Source: Nitrospirota bacterium
GTDB taxonomy: Bacteria; Nitrospirota; Thermodesulfovibrionia; Thermodesulfovibrionales; Dissulfurispiraceae
DNA: 26,354 nucleotides
Assembly: GCA_040754455.1 (NCBI GenBank)
Contig: JBFMCP010000038.1
Coordinates: 1 to 26,354, forward strand
Reading direction: 5' to 3'
A program made the translations under genes and the position numbers. Every line of letters starts with the position of its first letter. Position 1 is the stretch's first letter. Positions 7,267-16,364 of this stretch are shown one piece after another. The notes beneath the pieces are model-generated. The model saw nothing but the letters and a program-made list of their open reading frames with translations, made no database searches and was not told the origin of the DNA.

Positions 7267-9312
7267 ATGCGGCGGACAGTCATACTTGTTCTGGTGGTAA
7301 ACGTGCTCCTGCTCATGCCCTGCGGGGCAGGGGCGGATGCTCGCCGCTTTATCCCCAGGATATCTGCGTTCGAGGCGAACCTCGATGTCGAGGCAGAGCA
7401 TGAACGGAACAAGAACACCACCGACGGCCAGGGCTCTTCGACCCGCAGCACCGTCATATCCGAAAGGCTCGTCCTCTCCTCGGTCGGCTATGTGTATCAC
7501 CCCCGGTTCATCACCTTCCTGGCAGAGCTCGCCGGCGGCCTCAAGCAGGACGAATCGCATACCTCGTCATGGCACGGCGACACGTTGTATGAATACGAGC
7601 TCCGGGCCTATGTCCTGCCCGAGCATCCCTATAACCTCGAGCTCTTCACGCTGCGTCGGGAGCCGACGCTCACCGGCCGGTCACTCGCCGGCGGCGACCC
7701 CGTCCTGTATCAGAAAGGCGGCATCTTCCGCTACAAAGAGCGTCCCATCTTCTTCGACATGAGTTATATTTTCGATGATATCGAATCCGGGCAGAGCGAC
7801 TCGAGCACCGAAACGTTCAATACCAATGCGAGCTATTTCACCGACACCTTCCACGTGGGGGCCGGGTACTCCCACTCCGACTCCGACTCGAAATCAACCG
7901 GCATCGCTCCCCGTTCCTCACAGTACAAAACAGACCGCTACTATGCGAACAACTGGATTGATTTCGAAGAGGCGCGCCTCTTCAGCAACCTCCAGTACCA
8001 GGTCAGAGAAGAGAGGCGTTCCGACGGCCCCAGAGAAAAGGACCGCAACCTGCAGTGGACCGAACAACTGGATATCTACGTGCCCAAGAACTTTGAGACG
8101 AACCTCACCTACAACCACTTCCAGGATACCATCGAGACAAAAGAGGCCGGTGTGGCTGATACAGCGAGGATCTACAACAAAGCCCATAATCCCGCTCTCA
8201 GGATCACCCACCGGCTCTACGAAAGCCTGACCACCAATTACCAGCTCAATTATATCGATACCAAGACGTCGGGCGGCGAGATCAAATCGACATCCCATAT
8301 CGGCGGAGTTGCCTATACGAAAAAGCTGCCCTGGGAGAGCAGACTGAACACCGGCGTCACCCTCGGCACTATGCTCACCGACAGTACCGGAAGCATTCTT
8401 GTCCTTGAGGAGCCCTTCACTGCAACGCCAAGCGATCCGCAATTGAACACCTATACACTCAAACAGTTCAATGCCGATGTCAATACAATTAGTGTGGTGA
8501 TCCGGCACCCCACCATTACCGCTGACCGCCAGCCGCTTTTCAGAGGAGTTCACTATGATGTTGAACCGTTCGGTACAACGTTCAGGATCAGGGTATTCAG
8601 TTTGGCAGGCATCACTTTTACCGATGCGTCGACGCCGAATCCCCTCGCAGCCCAGCAGTTTTTCGTCACCTATGCTTCCGCTCCCGGCGATTACAAGCTG
8701 AGGACGGATACGGTGGCGTACAACATCCAGTTCAGCCTCTACAAGAATCTCTTTTCGCCCTACTTTGCCTTTTCCCGTTCCAAGCAGAGCCTTGAAGAGG
8801 GCTTCGTTGCCGGCGGACCGCAGACGACGACCACAAAAACCACCGGCGCCGTTGTTCAGAAGCAGCCGTTTATCTATCTGATCGAATATATGCAATTCGA
8901 TTCGTCCATAAGCCCTCTCAGGAAGTGGCGGACCGAGCTCTCCTACCGCCAGGACGTCACTGACACGGTCCTCGTCGATTCGAGGGTCCGCTACGAAAAG
9001 ACCGACTATGTCATGATCGCCGGGGAACCTGATTCAGGGTACAGTGAAGAGCTGTACGGCATAAACATCTCGGTACAGAAGCGGATTCCGCGACGGGGGC
9101 TCCAGATCATGGTAAGCGGGGCCTATTACCGTTCCGGCGGCCCTACCGACACGGATACCTATGTGCTCAACAATCTCCTTACCTGGCGCATCGGGAAGCT
9201 CGACCTCGAGGCCGGCACCAATATCATCCATACGGAGGCGACATCGAGCGCGAGCACAAGCAAATACACCTCGCAGCTCTACTACCTCAAATTCAGGAGG
9301 AACCTATTTTAA
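7267..9312 (+). CDS. Large outer-membrane beta-barrel protein
   Basis: GGAGAGG RBS; signal peptide; many alternating-polarity Tyr/Ser/Thr-rich strands; C-terminal LYYLKFRRNLF beta-signal ending in Phe. Confidence 0.8.
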   Translation: MRRTVILVLVVNVLLLMPCGAGADARRFIPRISAFEANLDVEAEHERNKNTTDGQGSSTRSTVISERLVLSSVGYVYHPRFITFLAELAGGLKQDESHTSSWHGDTLYEYELRAYVLPEHPYNLELFTLRREPTLTGRSLAGGDPVLYQKGGIFRYKERPIFFDMSYIFDDIESGQSDSSTETFNTNASYFTDTFHVGAGYSHSDSDSKSTGIAPRSSQYKTDRYYANNWIDFEEARLFSNLQYQVREERRSDGPREKDRNLQWTEQLDIYVPKNFETNLTYNHFQDTIETKEAGVADTARIYNKAHNPALRITHRLYESLTTNYQLNYIDTKTSGGEIKSTSHIGGVAYTKKLPWESRLNTGVTLGTMLTDSTGSILVLEEPFTATPSDPQLNTYTLKQFNADVNTISVVIRHPTITADRQPLFRGVHYDVEPFGTTFRIRVFSLAGITFTDASTPNPLAAQQFFVTYASAPGDYKLRTDTVAYNIQFSLYKNLFSPYFAFSRSKQSLEEGFVAGGPQTTTTKTTGAVVQKQPFIYLIEYMQFDSSISPLRKWRTELSYRQDVTDTVLVDSRVRYEKTDYVMIAGEPDSGYSEELYGINISVQKRIPRRGLQIMVSGAYYRSGGPTDTDTYVLNNLLTWRIGKLDLEAGTNIIHTEATSSASTSKYTSQLYYLKFRRNLF

Positions 9313-9379
9313 TCGCAATAAGGTAAAATAGACGGCACAACAAAACAAGACAAACGAACAGGAACAATCAGGAGGAATC

Positions 9380-10456
9380 ATGAGAAAAGTACTCACTTCC
9401 GTCATAGCAGCAGCGGTGATCGGCACACTGGCCCCTGCTGCCCATGCGTTCCCCAAAGAGGGGATGCAGGGAGCAGGACAGGAGCAGAAACAGCAGCTCA
9501 CTCCCGAGCAGATCGAGCAGGCAAGGAAGAGCAGGGAGGAGGCGCGGAAAATTATCGTGGCACGGGTGAACGGCGCGGCGATCACGATGGAATCACTGGT
9601 TAAGATGATGAACCGGCTTGGCCCTGCCTCAAAAGACATCGAGAGCACCAAGCGGGACGCACTGGACAAGCTCATCTTCCAGGAGCTTGCCTTTCAGAAG
9701 GCCAAGGCAGAAGGGATAACGGTGGAAAAGGAAAAGATCGATGCAGCCGTCACCAATTTCAGGAATAATGTGGGCGGCGATGAGGAATTCAAGAAAGCAC
9801 TTGATGCCGAGGGGCTGACACTGGAGATGCTGAAGGCGCAGATTGAGCGGAGCCTGATGCTGGAGCAAATATTCGGCAGGGAGGTCTACAGCAAGGTAAC
9901 CATCCCCGAGGATAAAGTGAAAGAGGAGTACGAGCGTGAAAAGCACCGCTTCATAAAGCCCGAAAAGGTAGCGGTGGTCGATGTGCTGGTCCTCCAGAAG
10001 GAGGGCACGGCCGATGCTGCGAAAAAGGCGGCGGAGCTCCTCGAGAAGATCAAGGCCGACAGGAATCAGGACCCCTGGAAGCTCGTTCTCGACGGGAGCT
10101 TCATCGTGCGGCACTACCAGATAAGAAAAGACAAGGACAAGGAACTCCATGAGGCAGCGGTCAAGCTCAAGCCGGGCGAGCTCTCCGGCGTGATAAAGGC
10201 TCCCGACGGCTATCACGTGCTGAAGCTGAAAGAGTATTCGCCGGAAAGGTACTATACATTCGAGGAGTCCCGGGGGGCACTGGAAGGCAAGTTCAGGTAT
10301 GAGGCCCAGGAGCAGCGGGTCAAGGAGTGGCTGGAGGAATTGAAGAAAGGTGCAAAACTGGAAATAATAGAGTCGGCTCTCGCCACTCCGTCAGCGGAAG
10401 CAAAGTCGTCGAGCGCTCCTTCGGGCGGGAAGGACGTACCGGGAAAAAAACAGTGA
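9380..10456 (+). CDS. SurA/PrsA-like periplasmic chaperone with parvulin (PpiC)-type domain
   Basis: AGGAGG RBS; signal peptide; VARVNGAAIT...LDKLI...GITV SurA-N motifs; LKPGELSGVIKAPDGYHVLKL parvulin tail. Confidence 0.85.
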   Translation: MRKVLTSVIAAAVIGTLAPAAHAFPKEGMQGAGQEQKQQLTPEQIEQARKSREEARKIIVARVNGAAITMESLVKMMNRLGPASKDIESTKRDALDKLIFQELAFQKAKAEGITVEKEKIDAAVTNFRNNVGGDEEFKKALDAEGLTLEMLKAQIERSLMLEQIFGREVYSKVTIPEDKVKEEYEREKHRFIKPEKVAVVDVLVLQKEGTADAAKKAAELLEKIKADRNQDPWKLVLDGSFIVRHYQIRKDKDKELHEAAVKLKPGELSGVIKAPDGYHVLKLKEYSPERYYTFEESRGALEGKFRYEAQEQRVKEWLEELKKGAKLEIIESALATPSAEAKSSSAPSGGKDVPGKKQ

Positions 10457-10515
10457 CATGCGGGAATATGCAGTAAGCCGTACAAGAAGCGTTGTGCGCA
10501 GGAGTAGCGGACACG

Positions 10516-11541
10516 ATGTGTAGACGACTCTTCAAAGCACTCTGGTGCGTCGTGCTCATCCTCGCTACCGGCTGCAGCACCAAATGGGTGATGGACGCCG
10601 ATGTGTCGGAGACGCAGCAGCTCTGGGTTCAGGAACCGCGGATCCCGAAGGCCAGACATGTTCTGACCATCAGGGGCTTCAAAGAGACCGGGACCTCTCT
10701 CAAATCAGTGCTGTTCGGCAAACGTGGGCACCCCCTCCTCCGTCCCGTTGCCGTAGCAACAGGACGCGACGGCAGGATCGCCATCGTCGATGCCGAAGCA
10801 CGCTGTGTCGCGCTCTTCAGGGCATCCGACCAGAGCTACTCTCCGATCTGCGGCACCGCAGATATCGATTTCGTCTCCCCTGTCAGCGCCATCTTCGATG
10901 AGGAGCTGAGGCTCTATGTCGCTGATTCGGCACTGGGCAGGGTCTTTGTCTTTGACGCACAGGGAGCGCCGCTCACGGCCTTGAGCACACCGTCCGGGGG
11001 GTTCGCCCGGCCCACAGGCCTCGCCTATAACCTCGACCGGAAGATGCTCTATGTCATCGATACCGTCGCGAATAAAATATACGCATACTCGCCGAAAGGC
11101 GAGCTCCTCTTTTCGTTCGGCGAACGAGGGACCGCTGCCGGCCAGTTCAATTACCCGACCCATCTTTTCTGGTCGCCTGCCGGGTTGCTGTACGTCACCG
11201 ATGCGATGAACTTCAGGATCCAGATATTCAATGATGATGGTACGTTCAGAACCGCGTTCGGCAGCCACGGCGACGGGTCGGGGGATTTCGCCATGCCGAA
11301 AGGCGTGGCGGTCGACCGCTTCGGGACTATCTACGTTGTCGACAGCCTCTTCGACAATGTGCAGCTCTTCACCGAGCGGGGCAACTTTTTGCTCACCCTC
11401 GGCAGGCGCGGCAGCGGTCACGGCGAATTCTGGCTGCCGTCAGGGGCTTTCATCGACAGCGACCGACTGTATATAAGCGATACCTATAACCAGAGGGTGC
11501 AGGTGTTCCAGCTCTACGGAAACCCGTATGAACAGGAGTAA
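10516..11541 (+). CDS. NHL-repeat beta-propeller lipoprotein
   Basis: ATG 10516 gives a signal with lipobox ATGC; six NHL repeats (FARPTGLA, FNYPTHL, FAMPKGVAVD, FWLPSG). Confidence 0.9.
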   Translation: MCRRLFKALWCVVLILATGCSTKWVMDADVSETQQLWVQEPRIPKARHVLTIRGFKETGTSLKSVLFGKRGHPLLRPVAVATGRDGRIAIVDAEARCVALFRASDQSYSPICGTADIDFVSPVSAIFDEELRLYVADSALGRVFVFDAQGAPLTALSTPSGGFARPTGLAYNLDRKMLYVIDTVANKIYAYSPKGELLFSFGERGTAAGQFNYPTHLFWSPAGLLYVTDAMNFRIQIFNDDGTFRTAFGSHGDGSGDFAMPKGVAVDRFGTIYVVDSLFDNVQLFTERGNFLLTLGRRGSGHGEFWLPSGAFIDSDRLYISDTYNQRVQVFQLYGNPYEQE

Positions 11542-11580
11542 CTCCATACATAAAGCGGCGAAAAGCATCAGGAGGGGCGG

Positions 11581-13359
11581 ATGACCCAGAAGAAAAGAAC
11601 AACAGTGTCTTATGTAATCGGCGCATTCTATGCCGCATGCTACATCCTGTTGAGTGCTCCCGCAGCATGGGGGGCCAAGGCAGGTATCGCGTCCACCGTG
11701 CATAATCTGTCGGTATCCGGGCCCGGAGAGCTCAAGGCCCTCACCGAAACGCGCATCTGCGTCTTCTGTCATACGCCGCACAACGCTGCACCCCAGACGC
11801 CCCTCTGGAACAAGAATATTGACCCGGTCAGCTACGACATTTATGCCAGTACAACGCTCCATGTGAGCCCCTCTCAGCCGACAGGCTCATCGCGGCTCTG
11901 CCTGAGCTGTCACGACGGGACCATCGCACTCGGCAATGTCCGGACGCCCTCTGGAGGCATCCAGACCACGGGAGAGATCACTTCTGGCCGGCTCTCCTAC
12001 ATAGGAACCTCACTCACCAATGACCACCCGATCTCATTCTCCTATTACGACGCCACGGTAAACCACGAGATCGCGCCGTCTCCGCCCGCAGGACTCCTGT
12101 TCTTCGGTCCCCGGTACCTGGTGCAGTGCTCCACCTGCCATGACGCCCATGAGGACGCCTATCGCTCGCCGGACAAAAGCGGACGCTTGACAGGGAAGTT
12201 TCTCGTTATGAACAACCGTTACTCCGCGCTCTGCACGCAGTGCCATATAAAAGACGGCTGGCTGTCCGCCACACACCGGAGCACAGCGCAGCCGGTCAAC
12301 GCCGTGCTGCCGCTGAGCCCGAGACTCTGGCCGACCTGGCTCTCTGTCACCGAATGGGGCTGCGAGAGCTGCCATACACCACACTCTGCAGGAGGGAATC
12401 AACGGCTCCTCAACTTCCAGGAAGAGGAAAAGAATTGCCTCCTTTGTCATAACGGCACAGTAGCACAGAAAAACATCCAGGCGCAGTTTCAGAAGCTGTC
12501 ACACCACCCTGTAGAGACAGCGACCATCGGGCTTACCGGAAACGCTCACCAGCCCAACGAATCGCCCTTGCTGCTTTCGGGCCATGTGGAATGCGCCGAC
12601 TGCCACAATGCGCACGCTGCCAACAACAGGACCGCCTCCGCTCCCTATGCATCGGGGAGGCTCGAACTGGTAAGCGGAGTGAGCATCACCGGCGCTGCAG
12701 TGAGCCCGGTGACCTACGAATACGAGGTATGTTTCAAATGCCATGCCGATTCCAGTGGTGGCTTTCCCCTTGTTTCCCGCGTCGTCAACATGACGAACAC
12801 GCGCTTTGAATTCGATACGGCAAACCCTTCCTACCACCCGGTCGCCGGCGTCGGCAGAAACACGTTTGTCCCAAGCATTCCGAGCACGTACAAGCCAACC
12901 CTCACGGCATCGAGCATCATCTATTGCAAGGACTGCCATGAGAGCGATGAGAGCACGGACATCGGCGGAGCAGGCCCCCGCGGGCCCCACGGCTCACAGT
13001 ACCGACCGCTCCTCAGGGAGCGCTATGAAACGCTGGACAACACCTTCGAGAGCTTCCAGAACTATGCCCTCTGCTACCGCTGCCATAACAGGGACAGCAT
13101 TCTTGGCGATCAGAGCTTCAAGGAGCACCGGGAGCACATCGTTGAAAAAAACACGCCGTGTTCAGTCTGCCACGATCCGCACGGCGTCCGTTCAGACGGT
13201 GGGCTGACCGGCGACCACACCCACCTGATCAACTTCGATACGCGCGTCGTGTCTCCTGTTCAGGGGCGGACATATCCAACGTTTACCGATCTGGGCACCG
13301 GAAGGGGAAGCTGCACCCTCGTCTGCCACGGCAAGACACACAATCCACTGTCGTACTAA
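11581..13359 (+). CDS. Multiheme c-type cytochrome (11 CxxCH plus one CxxxCH) with OmcE-like N-terminal module
   Basis: AGGAGG RBS; signal peptide; CVFCH, CLSCH, CSTCH, CTQCH, CESCH, CLLCH, CADCH, CFKCH, CKDCH, CYRCH, CSVCH, CTLVCH. Confidence 0.92.
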   Translation: MTQKKRTTVSYVIGAFYAACYILLSAPAAWGAKAGIASTVHNLSVSGPGELKALTETRICVFCHTPHNAAPQTPLWNKNIDPVSYDIYASTTLHVSPSQPTGSSRLCLSCHDGTIALGNVRTPSGGIQTTGEITSGRLSYIGTSLTNDHPISFSYYDATVNHEIAPSPPAGLLFFGPRYLVQCSTCHDAHEDAYRSPDKSGRLTGKFLVMNNRYSALCTQCHIKDGWLSATHRSTAQPVNAVLPLSPRLWPTWLSVTEWGCESCHTPHSAGGNQRLLNFQEEEKNCLLCHNGTVAQKNIQAQFQKLSHHPVETATIGLTGNAHQPNESPLLLSGHVECADCHNAHAANNRTASAPYASGRLELVSGVSITGAAVSPVTYEYEVCFKCHADSSGGFPLVSRVVNMTNTRFEFDTANPSYHPVAGVGRNTFVPSIPSTYKPTLTASSIIYCKDCHESDESTDIGGAGPRGPHGSQYRPLLRERYETLDNTFESFQNYALCYRCHNRDSILGDQSFKEHREHIVEKNTPCSVCHDPHGVRSDGGLTGDHTHLINFDTRVVSPVQGRTYPTFTDLGTGRGSCTLVCHGKTHNPLSY

Positions 13360-13438
13360 CAGCTATCAGCAAAATAAAGAATGGAATGACAAAGTATTTT
13401 TCCCTTCTTTTGCTGACGGCTGACAGCTGATAGCTGTT
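13358..13438. repeat. Heptanucleotide-periodic inverted repeat between convergent genes (possible bidirectional terminator)
   Basis: AACAGCTATCAGC (13358-13370) pairs with GCTGATAGCTGTT (13426-13438); right arm GCTGACG GCTGACA GCTGATA GCTG. Confidence 0.75.
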
Positions 13439-13440
13439 TC

Positions 13441-14886
13441 CTATTTGTCGTCGGGTACGTCGATTTTCAGTTTCTTCAGGCGGTAGCGGAGCGTGTCCCT
13501 GCTCACATCGAGCAGCTTCGCCGCTTTCCTTTGATTGCCGTCGGCAAGTTTAAGCGCAGTCTTGATGAATTCGGCTTCCATCGCCTTCAGCGAAAGGGTG
13601 GTAGGGAGCACATGGTCTACCGCTTCAGCCGGGGCCTCGGCTGTCTTGAGGGGCTTCTCGGAGAGGATATTCGAGGGGATATCGTTGATGTCGATCTCGT
13701 CGTTCTTTGAGAGGATGACAAACCGCTCCACGAGGTTCTTGAGCTCCCTTACATTCCCTGGCCATGAGTAGTGCTGCAGGATTTCGAGGGCGCGGGGGGT
13801 GATGCCCTTTGGCCTGCCGTCATACTTCGTTGCATAATGGTTCAGGAAGTACTGCACCAGCAGGGGGAGGTCCTCTTTCCGCTCCCGCAACGAGGGCATT
13901 TCTATCGCCGCTACGTTCAGGCGGTAAAAGAGATCGAGCCTGAACTTCTTGCTGTGGACCAGATCCTGGAGGTTGACATTGGTGGCAGCGAAGATCCTGA
14001 CATCGGCATGGGTATACTTGAGGCCGCCGATCCTCCTGAAGCGCCGCTCCTCGATGAGGTCGAGGATCTTCGACTGCATCTGATACGGCATATCGCCGAT
14101 TTCATCGAGGAAGACCGTGCCGCCCTGGGCGATCTCGATGAGTCCCTTCTTGTCGGCCTTCGCATCGGTGAACGCGCCTTTCTCATAGCCGAAGAGCTCG
14201 CTCTCGATCAGGTGGTCGGGGATATTCGAGCATCCTATCTCCACAAAGGGTTTGTCTTTCCGCGGGCTCAGCTCGTGCATCTTTTTGCAGAGGGAGCTCT
14301 TCCCTGTGCCGCTCTCGCCGGTGACGAGCACAGTGACATCAGTCTTGGTGGCCAGGCGCTCCATGATCCTGATGATCTCCTTCATTTTGTCGCTGACAAA
14401 GACAAAATCTCCCATGTCCGATGACTTCGCTGCTGAAGGAGCAGTATCGACTTTTATCGAGGTGAGGATTTTTTTCAGGTTGTTGAAATCGAGCGGCTTG
14501 ACGAGATAATCGTAGGCGCCGATCTTCATCGCCTCGACCGCACCCCGGACATCGGCGTTGCCGGTGATGAGGATGACGATGGTCTCGGGGTTCATCTCCT
14601 TTATGGTTTTCAGCAGTTCGAGACCGTTGGCATCAGGGAGGTTGATATCCAGCAGGATAATCCCGGGGTTTTCCTCTTCGATACTCTTGAGCGCCTTGAG
14701 ACCGGAGCTTGCCGTTATAACACCGTATCCCTCTTTCTCGCAGAACCCTTTGATCGAGCTCCGGATGAGCGATTCGTCATCAACAACCAGTATCTTTTTA
14801 GATGTGTGCGAAGCGGCGGCAGGTCCGCTGTTGCTGATACCGAGACTGTTATGCATTATCGGCGTCCTCCCCCTCTCCACTGGCAT
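13441..14886 (-). CDS. sigma54-dependent response regulator (NtrC/AtoC family)
   Basis: Receiver (ILVVDDE, LLDINLP), AAA+ (GESGTGKS, ESELFGYEKGAFTDA, FLDEIG, WPGNVRELKN), Fis-type HTH. Start could be a downstream ATG. Confidence 0.95.
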   Translation of the reverse strand: MPVERGRTPIMHNSLGISNSGPAAASHTSKKILVVDDESLIRSSIKGFCEKEGYGVITASSGLKALKSIEEENPGIILLDINLPDANGLELLKTIKEMNPETIVILITGNADVRGAVEAMKIGAYDYLVKPLDFNNLKKILTSIKVDTAPSAAKSSDMGDFVFVSDKMKEIIRIMERLATKTDVTVLVTGESGTGKSSLCKKMHELSPRKDKPFVEIGCSNIPDHLIESELFGYEKGAFTDAKADKKGLIEIAQGGTVFLDEIGDMPYQMQSKILDLIEERRFRRIGGLKYTHADVRIFAATNVNLQDLVHSKKFRLDLFYRLNVAAIEMPSLRERKEDLPLLVQYFLNHYATKYDGRPKGITPRALEILQHYSWPGNVRELKNLVERFVILSKNDEIDINDIPSNILSEKPLKTAEAPAEAVDHVLPTTLSLKAMEAEFIKTALKLADGNQRKAAKLLDVSRDTLRYRLKKLKIDVPDDK

Positions 14887-15003
14887 AACAAATGAATAAA
14901 GAGAACAACGTCTGCGGTACGAGCACCGCAGATGAAAGCACGTTCATACGACGTCCCTTATTCTACCCCTTTGCTGACGTATTTAGCAATAAAACCGGAC
15001 GGA

Positions 15004-15696
15004 CTAAAACCGCCAAGTGCTCCCCGGCTTCCTCGAGCCCGGTGCGGGCGGCGTCTGGGGCCGGGGCGCAGGCCGCGGAGGCGTCTGAACGCTCCTCCCC
15101 CCTCCCTGCTCTGAATGCTGCGGGGCGAACTCTTCCTCGCCCTGCGGGGGCGCTGCCGCTGTGGTCACTGCACCGCTCCGGTCCTTTTTCCCCGAAGTAA
15201 TCACCTTGACCTCTATCCTGTCCTCGCCCCTGACGAGCACGACCTTTTCGTGTTTGACCTCTTTCAGGACATAGCCGCTCAGGGAATCCCCGATCTTCAG
15301 CGCATTCTGCCGCTTGCCGCGCCCCGGTGTCGTGCGCTCCGCCTTTTTATCGGTCATGTAGGCGAGGCTCACCTCATCGGTGATGAGCGTTCCGTAGAGG
15401 ACGAATTCGGGTTTTGGAAGCGCCTTTTCCTCTTTCTTCAGGGGCGGAATCTTCCGCTCGGGGTGAAACAGGTTCTGCTCCGCAATGATCGTATACTCCA
15501 GGTGCGGCGGAATCTGCTGCGGCTGGCCTGCCGCCCCCTCTTTCTTCTCCTCCACCACCGCTTTGGTCTTGAGCACCGGCAGCTTTACGGTGACATTGAA
15601 CATGGGGAACAGAACATATCCAGCAAATGCCAGTGCACTACCCAGCAGGAGCAGATTCAGAATATTTATATTTCGTAAGAGTGATTGCAGCCGCAT
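15004..15696 (-). CDS. Type II secretion GspC-like inner-membrane protein
   Basis: N-terminal TM; NLFHPER; FVLYGTLI...AYM...IGDSLSGYVLKEVKHEKVVL HR-like domain; no PDZ; operon position. Confidence 0.65.
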   Translation of the reverse strand: MRLQSLLRNINILNLLLLGSALAFAGYVLFPMFNVTVKLPVLKTKAVVEEKKEGAAGQPQQIPPHLEYTIIAEQNLFHPERKIPPLKKEEKALPKPEFVLYGTLITDEVSLAYMTDKKAERTTPGRGKRQNALKIGDSLSGYVLKEVKHEKVVLVRGEDRIEVKVITSGKKDRSGAVTTAAAPPQGEEEFAPQHSEQGGGRSVQTPPRPAPRPQTPPAPGSRKPGSTWRF

Positions 15697-16364
15697 TACT
15701 TGCCTCCGTACAGGGCGGATACATCCAGTTTTACCATAAGGTCCCTGGGCTCCTTGAAGTTTTTGACCCTCGCATCGAGCTCCTTTATCACGAGATAGGG
15801 GACCCGCGTCTCGATAGAATAGAGCATGTCGCTCAATGCGCCCGGATCAGGCACGCTGGCGTCGATGCTTATGGAGATGAGCTTGAACTTCGCCCCCCCT
15901 TCAGCCGGTGCCTCGTCCTTCTTGCCTTTGGCAGCGCCAGCCTTTTTGGCGGGAGACTCTTTCGCAGGCTGCTGCTCTTTGCCAGGTGCAGCCGCTGCAT
16001 CAGTCTTGACGAGGTCCTCGGGCTTGCCGATCCTTTCGCTCGAAATCGTTCCCCCTCTTCCCGTAATAATGCCCTTCACCGTATCCTGGAGGTTTGCCGA
16101 GGCAAGGGAGACCGGCTCGCCCTCGATGAGCTTGGTGTTGTTCGCCTTCACCTTCTCCTTGAGTGCAGCGAGTTTCTTTTCGAGCTCGGGCTTCTCGGCG
16201 ATGATCGCCGTATACTTTTCGAGTGTCTTCATTTTTATGTCCTGCTGCTCCTTGATCGAGGCGAGCTCGGCCTTGATGCCGAGATAACCGTATTGATACA
16301 CTACCATGATCAGGAGCAGTCCGATTGCCGGGATTGCCATGCCAAGGGTTTTATTTTTTTTCAT
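15696..16364 (-). CDS. gspM: Type II secretion protein GspM-like
   Basis: TM, coiled coil and ferredoxin-like C-terminal domain (LSDMLYSIE...LVIKELD); follows gspL. Confidence 0.75.
   Translation of the reverse strand: MKKNKTLGMAIPAIGLLLIMVVYQYGYLGIKAELASIKEQQDIKMKTLEKYTAIIAEKPELEKKLAALKEKVKANNTKLIEGEPVSLASANLQDTVKGIITGRGGTISSERIGKPEDLVKTDAAAAPGKEQQPAKESPAKKAGAAKGKKDEAPAEGGAKFKLISISIDASVPDPGALSDMLYSIETRVPYLVIKELDARVKNFKEPRDLMVKLDVSALYGGK

Noticed and set aside
5323..8895. Long antisense ORFs (5323-6504, 7918-8895) and similar ones opposite the gsp genes
   Set aside because: Shadows of well-supported genes in GC-rich DNA.
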